A stretch of 64,000 nt of DNA from positions 1,596 through 65,595 of the forward strand of contig CAVYPU010000005.1 in NCBI GenBank assembly GCA_963770415.1. Reading direction: 5' to 3'. Both the position numbers and the translations under genes were made by a program. Below the pieces are notes generated by a model that was given only the letters and a program-made list of their open reading frames with translations, searched no databases and had not been told where the DNA came from. This DNA is from an uncultured Acidobacteriota bacterium (lineage in GTDB: Bacteria > Acidobacteriota > Terriglobia > UBA7540). Within the stretch, counting starts at the first letter, position 1. Every line of letters begins with the position of its first letter. Of this stretch, positions 47,833-57,818 are shown piece after piece.

Positions 47833-47851
47833 GTTCAAGTTAGACTTGAAC
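47833..47851. promoter_or_regulatory. perfect 8-3-8 palindrome, candidate operator upstream of the second TBDR
   Basis: gttcaagt-tag-acttgaac lies in an AT-richer stretch about 100 nt upstream of ATG 47953. It sits just downstream of a TTGACG (47794-47799) ... TACTAA/TAATTT promoter-like pair. Confidence 0.35.
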
Positions 47852-47952
47852 AGCAAGCTAGGGTTCTTGCGTTCTGCTAGACTTCAGGCGTCGGCTTTGG
47901 TAAGTGTCCAAAAGCAGTTCCATATAAACTGTAATTTCAAGGGGGGCCTAGA

Positions 47953-50900
47953 ATGCGCTTGAGATACAAGTTCGGTCTGGGGATAGCTCTCTTCTTGATG
48001 TTTGGGACGCTGGCGGCGTGGGCCAGCATTACGGGCAGCATTTCCGGGGTGGTTGCGGACCCCAGCGGGGCCGTAGTTCCCGGAGTGACAGTGACCGCGG
48101 TGGACACGAACACCGGGGTGAAGCAGACTGTAGTCACGGACCAAAAAGGCTTCTACGAATTTCCGGCTCTGGCCATTGGCACCTACGAATTGGACATTCA
48201 GCAGACCGGGTTCAGGCCTTATCGCCAGACCGGCTTGGTGATCGACGCCAACTCCGCCCTGGTTGCGGACGTTAAGCTGACCTTGGGCACCTCGCAACAG
48301 GAAGTTACGGTTTCGACCACGGCCGCCCATGTGGAGACCAGCAGTACGCAAATGGGCGAGGTGATCGAAGACAAGAAGATCGAATCGGTGCCGCTCAACG
48401 GGCGCAGCTACACGGATTTGCTGGCGCTTCAGCCCGGCGTCTCGCCTTACTCGAACGTGGCTGTGGGAAGCGACCGGCCTACCTCCGGCGACATCTCGAA
48501 CTCCGGCAATGAAGCCATGAACGGCCAGCGTGAAACTTCCAACGGCTTCATGGTGAATGGCGCGAACGTCGAAGAAGGGCGAAACAACGGCGCGGCCATC
48601 ATTCCCAACCTTGACTCCATCGCGGAGTTCCGTATTCTTACCAATAACTTCGACGCCGAGTACGGTAACTACAGCGGCGGCCAAGTGAACGTGGTGACCA
48701 AGTCCGGCGCCAACACAATTCATGGCGACGCCTTTGATTTCGTTCGCAACACCAAATTTGACGCGCGGAATTTCTATTCCTACGACCAGACGAATGCCAC
48801 GACAGGGGCCGATATTCCCGGAACGGCCATTGGAACCTTCCAGCAGAATCAGTTTGGAGCCACCTTCGGTGGACCTATCAAGCGCAATAAGGCGTTCTTC
48901 TTCGTCGACTACCAGGGAACCCGCATGGTTCAAGGCCAATCGACGGGGCTGATTCCCGTCCCTTCGCCGGCGGAGCGGAATGGAGATTTCTCGGCTAACA
49001 CAGACGCTTTGACGGGATCGGTGGTTGGTCCTAATTGGGCCAGCGCACTCACGAATCAACTCGGCTACCCGGTTCAAGCCAGTGAGGCCTATTACACTCC
49101 GGGATGCACCACGACGGCGCAGTGCGTGTTCCCCAACGCGTACATACCGCCAACCTCCTGGGCGTCCCCAACACCGAACTTACTGCCTTATATCAAGTCG
49201 CCCAATATCATCACACCAGCGGGCGACTACTTCACAACGTCTGCAATCGACGAGCGCTTGCGGGACGATAAAGGTGGTGTTCGCGTTGACGGGAATTCCC
49301 GTTTCGGCATGCTCTCCGCCTACTATTTCATGGACGACTACCTGCTGAACAACCCCTATCATAACGCGCCCGAATTTCCCGGCTTCAACGCCATAACACC
49401 CGGCCGGGCCCAATTGCTCAACCTTTCGGATACGAAGAGCTTCGGTTCCGCGTCTGTGAACCAATTCCACTTCAGTTACATGCGCGATGCCAATATCTTT
49501 AACGAGCCCTCCGGCGGCCTGGGGCCCTCAATGACTTCTCTGGGTTTCAACGGGACCTTCAACGCCCAGGGAGGCATCGGCTCGGTGGTTCCTGCGGATG
49601 CGGGCGTCCCCCTGATGCAATTCAATAGCTACAATTTCGGGCTACCGGACGGTTCCACGGGGCAATACAACAACACCTACCAATTTCTGGATAACTTCGC
49701 CCATATTATTGGGACACACAGCTTGAAATTCGGGGCCGAGTTCCATTACGCCGAGATCAACGAGCGCAACACCTACGCGGAGAATGGCGTCTTCGCTTTC
49801 AACGGCAGCGAAACCGGCATCGATTTTGCCGATTTTCTGATCGGCGCTCCCGGTCAACTAATCCAGTCCAGCCGGCAGTTTCTCGACTCGCGCACCAAGT
49901 ACATCAGCGGGTTCGTGCAGGATAGCTGGCGCGCCAAGCCCAGCCTGACGCTCAACTACGGCTTGCGCTGGGAAGTCAGCCAGCCCTGGTACGACACGCA
50001 GGGCAAGACCGAGACCATTATTCCGGGCGTGCAGTCCGTAGTCTTCCCCGGCGCGCCCAAAGGTTGGCTGGTTCCGGGTGATCCGGGCGTGCCTTCCACC
50101 CTTGCACCTACCAAGTTATGACGGAATTGCTCCCCGAGTGGGAATCGCATATTCGCCCAAGTGGGACAGCGGTTTGCTTGGCAAGCTGTCAGGCGGTCCC
50201 GGTAGGACCAGTTTCCGAGCGGGCTGGGGACTCTTCTATACCTCGGTCGAAGACTTGACCCAGTTCGTGGAAGTCGGCGACTCTCCGTACGGCCTGTTTT
50301 ATGTCAGCCCCTCTCCACCCGAGTTCGCGACTCCTTACATCGATCGGGCGACCGGGCACAATGAAGGGCAGCGATTCCCCTTCCACTTCCCGCCCACCAA
50401 TTCATCGGCCAAGAACCCCGATACCACCTTCAATTGGCAGGCGGTGGAGCCGATCTCCGGCGCGCCGGTGTTCTTCCACACCAACCGCATGCCCTACGCC
50501 GAGGATTATGAAGCGTCGTTGCAGCGTCAATTCGGAGCTAATACGACACTGGGTATCAGCTTCGTTGGAACGCAGGGACACGATTTGATCTCCTTCCTCG
50601 AGTCCAACCCCGGCGACCAGTCCCTATGCCTGTCGCTCAACGCCGCTACGCTTGCGCCCGGACAGACGCCCTGCGGCCCGTTCCTCGAAAGCAATACTTA
50701 TGTGACCAACTCCGGACAGACCGTCCTTGGAACTCGTCCCATCCTGGGCAATCTCTTTATCAGCAATGCCTACATGGATGAGATGGCGAACTCCAACTAC
50801 AACTCGCTTCAGGTGAACCTGCGCCACACGAGCAAGAATTCCTCGTTCCTTATCGGCTACACGTACGCCAAGTGCATGGATAACGCCTCCGCCCTTGAAC

Positions 50901-51493
50901 AGGCGGTCAATCCCCTGAACTACAAGGCGAGCAAGGCGCTCTGCTCTTTTGACGTCACGAACGATTTTGTAGCCAGTTACAGCGTCCGGCCCTTCGATAG
51001 CTTGTCTTTCGCCAATGGCAGGGTTGGGAAATATGCCATTAAGGGCTGGGAACTTTCCGGCATCACCACTTTCGCCGCCGGACTGCCCGTGGGGCTCTCC
51101 GAGAATGACGACCGCTCCTTGCTTGGAACCAGCGGCGTCGACGAACCGGAGCGCGCACCCGGCAAGATCCTCAGTAACACCAACCCGCGCAACGGCCAGG
51201 AATACTTCAATACTTCGCTGTTCAGCGCCGAGCTTTTGGGCTTTGTCGGCGATTCCGGCCGGAACTTCTTCCACGGCCCCGGCATCAACAACTTCGATCT
51301 GGCCCTGTTGAAGAACTTCAACATCACCGAGTCCAAAACACTCGAGTACCGGTGCGAGTTTTTCAACGCCTTCAACCACGCTCAGTTCAATAACCCGAAC
51401 GGGAATTTCACCGCCGGTCCCGGCGCCTTCGGCTATGTTACCAGCGCCCGAGATCCTCGCATCGTTCAGATGGCGCTGAAATTTATCTTCTAA
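47953..51493 (+). pseudogene. TonB-dependent receptor with CarboxypepD_reg domain; one frameshift
   Basis: 'SITGSISGVVADPSGAVVPGVTVTAVDTNTGVKQTVVTDQKGFYEFPALAIGTYELDIQQTGF', plug 'VPLNGRSY', C-terminus 'QMALKFIF'. ORFs 47953..50121 and 50078..51493 join at '..STLAPT|SYDGIAPRVGIAYSP', at about 50100-50115. Confidence 0.85.
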
Positions 51494-51502
51494 ACTGCGA
51501 AG

Positions 51503-51540
51503 CGCGGACCTCCGCTTTTGGAGGTCCGCGGCTTTTCTCT
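51503..51540 (+). terminator. intrinsic terminator after the TBDR gene
   Basis: cgcggacctcc-gctttt-ggaggtccgcg is an 11-bp perfect stem followed by gcttttctct, starting 10 nt after the stop codon. A second hairpin, gggggacgg-cttg-ccgtccccc, follows at 51558-51579. Confidence 0.8.
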
Positions 51541-51713
51541 CGCTCCCACGACCTGTAGGGGGACGGCTTGCCGTCCCCCTTACCGCTGCTATGCCAAGTC
51601 AATGTTGCCTTCCTGAAAGCACGATGACTTATCTATTTCTCTGAGAATGTTATTGAAAACATAGGTTGTTAGCTTTAGCCTGTGTTCTTGATTGAAAACG
51701 CCGCGACTTTGAG

Positions 51714-53201
51714 ATGGGCCAGAAGCCACATTTAAGACCTGCCGTCCTGGTTGCCGCACTTCTGCTGGCGACCTGCCCAATCTTGACGGCTGGGCCGCCG
51801 CAGGCAAGTGGTAACCAGTCGGCTCAGCACCGCGCCGGTGACTCGCTCGAAGCGAAGGCGGATGCCGCCTACCGCGAGGGACGGCTCGACGACGCTCGCC
51901 GCTGGCTCGAGCAGGCGATCCGGCAGGACCCACGCTCCGCGCCTGCGCAGGGTCTATTAGGTCTGGTCCTCGCGCGGCAGAACGACTCGCAGGAGGCGCT
52001 TCGCCATCTGCGGCAAGCCCATGAGATCGAGCCTCAGAATCCCAACTACGCTTACAACTACGCGGTGCTGCTGCTCCAGGAGGGCCGGTTCACCGCTGCT
52101 GCTCCCATGCTCGAAGGCCTGCACGAGAAGTCGCCCGGGGCTGACGACATCCTGGTGAATCTTGCCCGAGCCTATGCCGGGGCGGGGGATTCTGAAAAGC
52201 TCGCCGCCACGGTAAGCCATCTGCCCGCTTCGGACTATGGCAATCAGGCGCTGCTGAAAACGTTGGCTACGATACTGGCGGACGCGGGACAGGCCGCAGC
52301 CGGGCTGTGGAAAGCGGCAATTCGCCACGACCCGAATCAGTCGTTGCCCTACGCTGCGCTCGCGGAGCTTTGGAATGGCCAAGGGCAATCGAAGCAAGCC
52401 CTGGCGCTGCTTGATGGCGCGCCTGCCGCCGCGCGCGACCCTCTGTATCTCTACGCCTACGGTGACACGCAAATGGCATTGCGGAACTACGCGAAGGCGA
52501 TTCCCGCGTTTCTCGAGCTGACCCGCAAGTCGCCATCAGATCGGGGCCCCTGGCAAAAGCTTGTGCGGTGTAACCTGCTCGCAGGGCATCTGAACGATGC
52601 GGAGCAGGCGGCCGAGCAGGCCGCCCGGCGGTTCCCTGATGCCGTGGAATTCGAGTACCAGCAGGCTGTGGCGGATTACATGCTGGGCCGTAGCGGTCCG
52701 GCCATCAAAATTCTGGCGCCGCTAGTCGAAAAGCCGGGCGAGAAGGACCTGCGCCCGGTCCTGCTGATGGCGGTTTTGAAGTCACAGAGTGGAGACTACC
52801 AGGAGGCTTCGAGCTACTTCGAGCGCGTCGAGCAGATGCAGGCGGGGTGCAATGCCCTGGCTTCCTACTTCTACGGCGCCGCACTGCTGCGCATGCACCG
52901 GCCGTCCGATGCCCAGGCCAAGCTCGAGGCGGCCGTTCGCTGTCATCCCCACTTCGCGCTGGCCGAGTATCGCTTGGGCGAGGCCTTATCCCAGGACGGT
53001 AAGTTGCCGCAAGCCGTCGAAGCGCTCGAGCAGGCGACCCGTGACGACCCCAAGCTGGCCGAGCCCTACTATGCGCTGGCCCAGATTCGGCGGCGGCAGG
53101 GCGACGAGGCCGGCGCCCGCCAAGCGCTGGCGCGATTCACAAGCCTTCAGAAGCGCGGAGCGAACTCGGATCGAGATCTGCTCACGAAGGGCCTGCCATG
53201 A
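51714..53201 (+). CDS. tetratricopeptide-repeat protein with signal peptide
   Basis: 'LVAALLLATCPILTAG' is followed by repeated TPR-like units ('AYREGRLDDARRWLEQAIRQDP', 'ALRHLRQAHEIEPQNPNYAYNYAVLL', 'AVEALEQATRDDPKLAEPYYALAQI'). Confidence 0.8.
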   Translation: MGQKPHLRPAVLVAALLLATCPILTAGPPQASGNQSAQHRAGDSLEAKADAAYREGRLDDARRWLEQAIRQDPRSAPAQGLLGLVLARQNDSQEALRHLRQAHEIEPQNPNYAYNYAVLLLQEGRFTAAAPMLEGLHEKSPGADDILVNLARAYAGAGDSEKLAATVSHLPASDYGNQALLKTLATILADAGQAAAGLWKAAIRHDPNQSLPYAALAELWNGQGQSKQALALLDGAPAAARDPLYLYAYGDTQMALRNYAKAIPAFLELTRKSPSDRGPWQKLVRCNLLAGHLNDAEQAAEQAARRFPDAVEFEYQQAVADYMLGRSGPAIKILAPLVEKPGEKDLRPVLLMAVLKSQSGDYQEASSYFERVEQMQAGCNALASYFYGAALLRMHRPSDAQAKLEAAVRCHPHFALAEYRLGEALSQDGKLPQAVEALEQATRDDPKLAEPYYALAQIRRRQGDEAGARQALARFTSLQKRGANSDRDLLTKGLP

Positions 53202-53240
53202 CTTGCCTGGACTTGTCATCTCGGTTGCGAAGTAAAGCCA

Positions 53241-53305
53241 CGTCATTCCCGCGAAAGCGGGAATCCATTGGGGTGAGGTGGACCCCCGCCTTCGCGAGGG
53301 TGACG
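53241..53305. repeat. REP doublet (inverted cores)
   Basis: cgtcattcccgcgaaagcgggaatcca (53241-53267) and ggacccccgccttcgcgagggtgacg (53280-53305). Confidence 0.85.
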
Positions 53306-53332
53306 AAGTCCCAGCTTTGGATTCTGTTGGAC

Positions 53333-54691
53333 CTATATTTCAGAAAAATCCATCTTGGGAGGCTGGGCGCGAAAGCCGCGAGTGCGGATGGCGGCGTAGA
53401 CGATACCGGCTGCGAACCAGATTCCGCCTGCCCATCGCGCGGGCGTGGGCAAGCTCCACCAGATCCCGGCGCAGAACAAGAACGCGAAGCCGGGCGCGAC
53501 GAGGTCAGTCAAAAGGTTGCGGCGCCGGCCGGTCTGCGGGCGCAGGCAGAACTGTCGAATGCAGGTGATGTTGACTCCCATGAAAGCCAGGAAAGCGCCG
53601 AAGTTGAGCATCTCCGCCGAGCGTTCGTAGCTTATGAGCAGCGAGCCCGCGAGCGTTAGCAAGCCGATCAGGATTACGTTAAAGGCGGGAATGTTGCGCT
53701 TCGCATCCAGGCGCGCGAAAAACTTTCGCGGCAGCACGTCGTCGCGCCCCATCCCGTAAAGCAAGCGCGCCGCCCCGGCGATTCCGGCCAGACCCGTACC
53801 GAAGCAGGCCACGATCAGGATCACGGACAGCGCCTGAAAGAGCGCCATCCCTCCCACCCGGGCGCACACATCCAGAAAAGCTGTTTCGATATTACTAAAA
53901 CTGCTATAATCAGGCCATACAAGGTGCCCCAGGTAGACTTCCAGAACGCTGAGCAATCCACAGATGACGCAGACCAGGACCGTGGCGATGGGAACCGTGC
54001 GTTTGGGATTCTCCACCTCTTCGGCGAGGGTCGTCACGCCGTCGAAGCCGATGTAAGTCAGCGCGGCGAGCGAAGTCGCGGTGCGCAGGGCGCCAAAGTC
54101 GAAGGTCTTCGGGTTGTAGAAGGGTGCGGTCGAAACCATCCCTCCGATTCCATGCAGGTGAAGCAGGTAGCGGACCGCCGCGTATACAAAGGCCACCACC
54201 ACCACCGATTCCACGAACAGTAGAATCTCGTTGGCGCGCATCGTGAAGCGGATGCCGACCAGGTTCAGGAAGATGATGATGCCCACAATCAGCACCACCC
54301 AGAGGGCGTAAGGCACTTGCGGAAAGAGGCGCTTGAAGGTCAGAGCGGGATAGATGACGTTGATGATGGGGATGAGCAAGTAGTCGAGCACCATCGCCCA
54401 ACCGATCAGCGAACCGACGTAGCTGTTCAGGCCGCGGCCGACGTAGGTGTAAGCGGAACCGGCGGAAGGATAAATGCCGGCCATGCGTCCATAGCTGACG
54501 GCCGTGAGCACCATGGCCGCCATCGCCACGAGAATCGCGGTTGAGATGTGGCCGCGCGAGAGCCTCTGGCCGATACCGAAGATGCCGATGGGGGCAATGG
54601 GCTGGATCAGGATGATCCCGTAGAAAACCAGGTCCCAAAGTTTCAAGACACGGCGCAGTTGGGGCGGATTAGCGACAGCGGTGGTTGCCAT
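53333..54691 (-). CDS. APC-superfamily amino acid/polyamine permease, PuuP-like
   Basis: 'LRRVLKLWDLVFYGIILIQPIAPIGIFG...AVSYGRMAGIYPSAGSAYTYVGRGLNSYVGSLIGWAMVLDYLLIP...ARLLYGMGRDDVLPRKFF' tracks the E. coli putrescine importer PuuP as I recall it. Confidence 0.8.
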   Translation of the reverse strand: MATTAVANPPQLRRVLKLWDLVFYGIILIQPIAPIGIFGIGQRLSRGHISTAILVAMAAMVLTAVSYGRMAGIYPSAGSAYTYVGRGLNSYVGSLIGWAMVLDYLLIPIINVIYPALTFKRLFPQVPYALWVVLIVGIIIFLNLVGIRFTMRANEILLFVESVVVVAFVYAAVRYLLHLHGIGGMVSTAPFYNPKTFDFGALRTATSLAALTYIGFDGVTTLAEEVENPKRTVPIATVLVCVICGLLSVLEVYLGHLVWPDYSSFSNIETAFLDVCARVGGMALFQALSVILIVACFGTGLAGIAGAARLLYGMGRDDVLPRKFFARLDAKRNIPAFNVILIGLLTLAGSLLISYERSAEMLNFGAFLAFMGVNITCIRQFCLRPQTGRRRNLLTDLVAPGFAFLFCAGIWWSLPTPARWAGGIWFAAGIVYAAIRTRGFRAQPPKMDFSEI

Positions 54692-54741
54692 AATCGTTCG
54701 TTTCCGGAATTGGTTGTTTGCCCACTCGCACGGGGAGACGC

Positions 54742-54820
54742 GACCCCCTCACCCGTCCCACACCGGCTGATGAAAGCGCCGGTGCGGGGCACCCTCACCC
54801 CCCAAGGGGGAGAGGGCCAG
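54742..54820 (+). repeat. ~78-nt intercistronic palindromic element, copy A
   Basis: gaccccctcacccgtccca-caccggc-tgatgaaagc-gccggtg-cggggcaccctcaccccccaagggggagagggccag. Copies in the same orientation lie at 57556-57633 and 60503-60580. Confidence 0.85.
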
Positions 54821-54860
54821 CTTCCCGACGGGGGGCGGGACTTGCGGCGCGATACCAAGC

Positions 54861-56201
54861 TTACGACAACTGCTCGAGCGGGGTGAGGTCGAGTCCTTCG
54901 AGTTCGGGGTCGTAGTATTGGTCCGAGGCCAGCAGCTCATCCCAGGTGACTTCGCGGCCGGTATAAGCCGCCATGCGTCCCAGGAGCGCGCTCAGCGTGG
55001 ACTCCGCGCCCTGCGCCGCCTGGTTGTGGTACTTGCCGGTGAGGATGCTGTCGATGAAGGCCTTGGTCTTCTCGTTGTCCGCCTCATCGAGCGCGCCGTG
55101 GAAGGTGCCCGCGTTCTGCTCTTCCGTGCCGCCGCGTCCGATGGCGTAGAAGTTGGTGCTGGGAGAGATCTTGCCATCCCCCCCGCCTTCCCACTTCCAA
55201 GGCTCTTCGCCATAGATGCCCACCACGCCCGAGTAGTGCGACTCGGAAACGCCGCGCGAGCCGAAGAAGCGCTCCGCCACGTCCCACAGCCAAGTGCCCC
55301 ACTGCACGTGGTTCAGGCTGACGCGCACGTTATTCGGGTAAGTGAAGATAACATCGAAGTGGTCCCAGGTGTTGCCCCAATCTTCGCGCACCTTGCGCCC
55401 ACCCGTGCCGATAGCCTTGAGGGGGTGATCCTTGAGCACCCAGTTGCAGATGTCGATCACGTGCAGGCTCTGGTCCACGATGATGTCGCCGGAAAGGACT
55501 CGGTCCCAGTAGAAGTTGCGCACCCGCAGCTCGAGCGGGCTCGCGTCCGGCCGGCGGGGCGGATAGGTAAGCGTCGTAGCGTGGTAATACACCGAGGCCT
55601 GAGCGATCTTGCCGATGGCCCCGTCGTGAATGCGTTTCACCATCTCAACATAGGGCGGGGCGTAGCGAATCTGGAAGCCGATTTCGAGACTCATGCGGCC
55701 TTCGGCCTTCTTACCCAGTTCCTTGATCTTTTTCGCGCTGCGCACATCCACCCCGGTGGGCTTCTCGCAATAGCAATGCTTGCCCGCGGCGACGACCGCC
55801 TCGAGATGGATTGGGTGGAAGAAGTCCGGCGTGGCGATGTGGATTACGTCGAACTGGTTTGACTCCGCCATGGCCTGGTAAGCCTTCGGCCCTCTGAACA
55901 TGAGCTTGGGGTCGATGGCCGGGTGGCCTTTGGCGGCATTGATGGAGTCGAATTGCTGCTTGGCTTTATCAAGCTGGTCGCTGAAGAGGTCGCCCAGCCC
56001 CACGTAACAGGCCTTAGGGTGCCTGGAAAGGGCCGTCGCTACACCCTTGCCGCGCCCTCCGCAACCGAGCAAGCCCACACGCAGCGACGAGTTTATGGCT
56101 GTGCCCCGCACATGTTGCGGTTTGATGATCATGAATCCCGCCGCAGCCGCTGCCGTGCCGATGAAATCCCTGCGTCCAACTTTCTTTGGATCTTCGCTCA
56201 T
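54861..56201 (-). CDS. Tat-signal (periplasmic) Gfo/Idh/MocA oxidoreductase
   Basis: 'KKVGRRDFIGTAAAAAGFMII' (twin-arginine motif), 'LRVGLLGCGGRGKGV' (Rossmann) and 'HCYCEKP'. Confidence 0.88.
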   Translation of the reverse strand: MSEDPKKVGRRDFIGTAAAAAGFMIIKPQHVRGTAINSSLRVGLLGCGGRGKGVATALSRHPKACYVGLGDLFSDQLDKAKQQFDSINAAKGHPAIDPKLMFRGPKAYQAMAESNQFDVIHIATPDFFHPIHLEAVVAAGKHCYCEKPTGVDVRSAKKIKELGKKAEGRMSLEIGFQIRYAPPYVEMVKRIHDGAIGKIAQASVYYHATTLTYPPRRPDASPLELRVRNFYWDRVLSGDIIVDQSLHVIDICNWVLKDHPLKAIGTGGRKVREDWGNTWDHFDVIFTYPNNVRVSLNHVQWGTWLWDVAERFFGSRGVSESHYSGVVGIYGEEPWKWEGGGDGKISPSTNFYAIGRGGTEEQNAGTFHGALDEADNEKTKAFIDSILTGKYHNQAAQGAESTLSALLGRMAAYTGREVTWDELLASDQYYDPELEGLDLTPLEQLS

Positions 56202-56316
56202 GGTCGATCCTCCTTCTAAGAAATAATCAATAACGGTCTATGCGCAGCCAGTGCTCCGGCCGTCGCGATAGGCGCGTGGCGGCATAGAGAGGCAGTGTGA
56301 AAATCTCTTTTGGAGT

Positions 56317-56403
56317 GTCATTCCGAGCGATGCGAGGAATCTCGCTCTGAGTATTTTCCAGGCACTGCGAGATTCCTCGTCGCCTGGGGCTCCTCGGAAT
56401 GAC
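56317..56403. repeat. inverted pair of a second REP type
   Basis: gtcattccgagcgatgcgaggaatctcg ... cgagattcctcgtcgcctggggctcctcggaatgac. The outer gtcattccgag/ctcggaatgac and inner cgaggaatctcg/cgagattcctcg segments pair. Confidence 0.8.
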
Positions 56404-56470
56404 AGCAAACACGAGTTCTCACACAGACTCATAAAGCCGCCGCTACACCCATCACGGTTGGCTGCCAGCT

Positions 56471-57511
56471 TCAAATCCTCACGGTGCGCGAAGTCCTCGC
56501 CGATTCGTAGCAGGCCTCGAGAATCCGCTGGTTGCGCAGGCCCTCGGCGCAGTCGAGCTTCGATTTCCTGCCCTCGAGTATTGCCTGGCTGAATTCCTCG
56601 ATCTCGGCGCGGTAAGTGTTGACCGGGGCCGGCTTGAGCGCAATCCCCTGGCCCGCGTCGCGGGCCTGTTGGGCTTCGTATCCCTTGCCCTGCGGGCGCG
56701 GATAGAACACCATCTCCCCTTGGCTCCCCTGGCCGACAGTCCCTTTGGCAAGAATACTGCCGTCCGACCCGTACAGCTCGAGGACGTTCTGGCTGCTCTC
56801 GTCCGGTATGCAGAAGAACGTGTCGACGGTCCCTAGCGCCCCGTTTTGAAACACCAGCATGGCAAGGGCGCTATCTTCCGAGCGGTAAGGGTGCACCAGG
56901 TTGCCGATGCAGCAACTGACCGAGGCCACGGGACCAAAGAACATCTCGAGCAGGTCGATGCAATGGACTCCCATGTCCGCGAGCGAACCGCCACCGCCTT
57001 GGCTCGGGTCCTGCCGCCAAGCGCCTTCGATCGGCGGATACCAGCAGGAAAGCTGCGCCCGGCCGAAGACGGGCTTTCCCAGTTTTCCTGACTGGACGAT
57101 CTTGAGCGCTTCCTGGTGCTGCGACTGAAAGCGCATCATGAACGCCGCGCCGAGCTGTACCTTCGAGCGCTCGGCGAGCGCCGCCATTTCCTTCCCCTCC
57201 GCGACGCTCGAGGCCAGGGGCTTCTCGCAAAGCACGTGCTTACCCGCTTTGAGGCATTGCGCCGTGTGCTCGCTGTGCAGATTAACCGGCGTGGCGATGT
57301 AGACGGCATCGATCTCCGCCGCCAGCAACTCTTCCAGGCTCTTGAACGCCTGCGTCCCAAACGTGCGTGCGGCCTCCGCGTTGCCTTCCTGATTGCAGTC
57401 GTACAAACCCACCAGCTTGGCATTCGCAGCCGGAACGATTCCTTCTGGAATGGTGCGCCGGCGCGCAATTCCGCACGAACCTACAACTCCCCAAGCGACT
57501 TTGTCTTTCAT
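56471..57511 (-). CDS. Gfo/Idh/MocA family oxidoreductase (cytoplasmic)
   Basis: Motifs 'VAWGVVGSCGIARRRTIP' and 'HVLCEKPLASSVAEGKEM'. Confidence 0.88.
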   Translation of the reverse strand: MKDKVAWGVVGSCGIARRRTIPEGIVPAANAKLVGLYDCNQEGNAEAARTFGTQAFKSLEELLAAEIDAVYIATPVNLHSEHTAQCLKAGKHVLCEKPLASSVAEGKEMAALAERSKVQLGAAFMMRFQSQHQEALKIVQSGKLGKPVFGRAQLSCWYPPIEGAWRQDPSQGGGGSLADMGVHCIDLLEMFFGPVASVSCCIGNLVHPYRSEDSALAMLVFQNGALGTVDTFFCIPDESSQNVLELYGSDGSILAKGTVGQGSQGEMVFYPRPQGKGYEAQQARDAGQGIALKPAPVNTYRAEIEEFSQAILEGRKSKLDCAEGLRNQRILEACYESARTSRTVRI

Positions 57512-57555
57512 GATCCTCCAATGGTTGCCGAATTCAGATTCTCGAGTGCGCCTGC

Positions 57556-57633
57556 GACCCCCTCACCCGGTCCGTACCGGCTGATGAAAGCGCCTGCGCG
57601 GGTCAGCCTCTCCCCCAAGGGGGCGAGGGCTGG
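57556..57633 (+). repeat. ~78-nt intercistronic palindromic element, copy B
   Basis: gaccccctcacccggtccgtaccggctgatgaaagcgcctgcgcgggtcagcctctcccccaagggggcgagggctgg. Confidence 0.85.
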
Positions 57634-57674
57634 TATGTGGACGGGCGGGTACGTCTTGCACAAATCTAATGCGA

Positions 57675-57755
57675 GGTAGCGCGGACCGCCGACTTTGCGG
57701 TCCGCGTCCTTTCGGCCACCACACTTTCAGGACTCGCGCCATACCACGGAAAGCC
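57675..57755 (+). repeat. MITE-like element, copy 4, truncated (right arm missing)
   Basis: ggtagcgcggaccgccgactttgcggtccgcgtcctttcggccaccacactttcaggactcgcgccataccacggaaagcc, after which the sequence diverges. Confidence 0.8.
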
Positions 57756-57818
57756 TATGTCGGCGACACAGGGCGCAGACATACAGGGCAATGTCTGCAC
57801 CACCCCAGCCTCGTTCCA

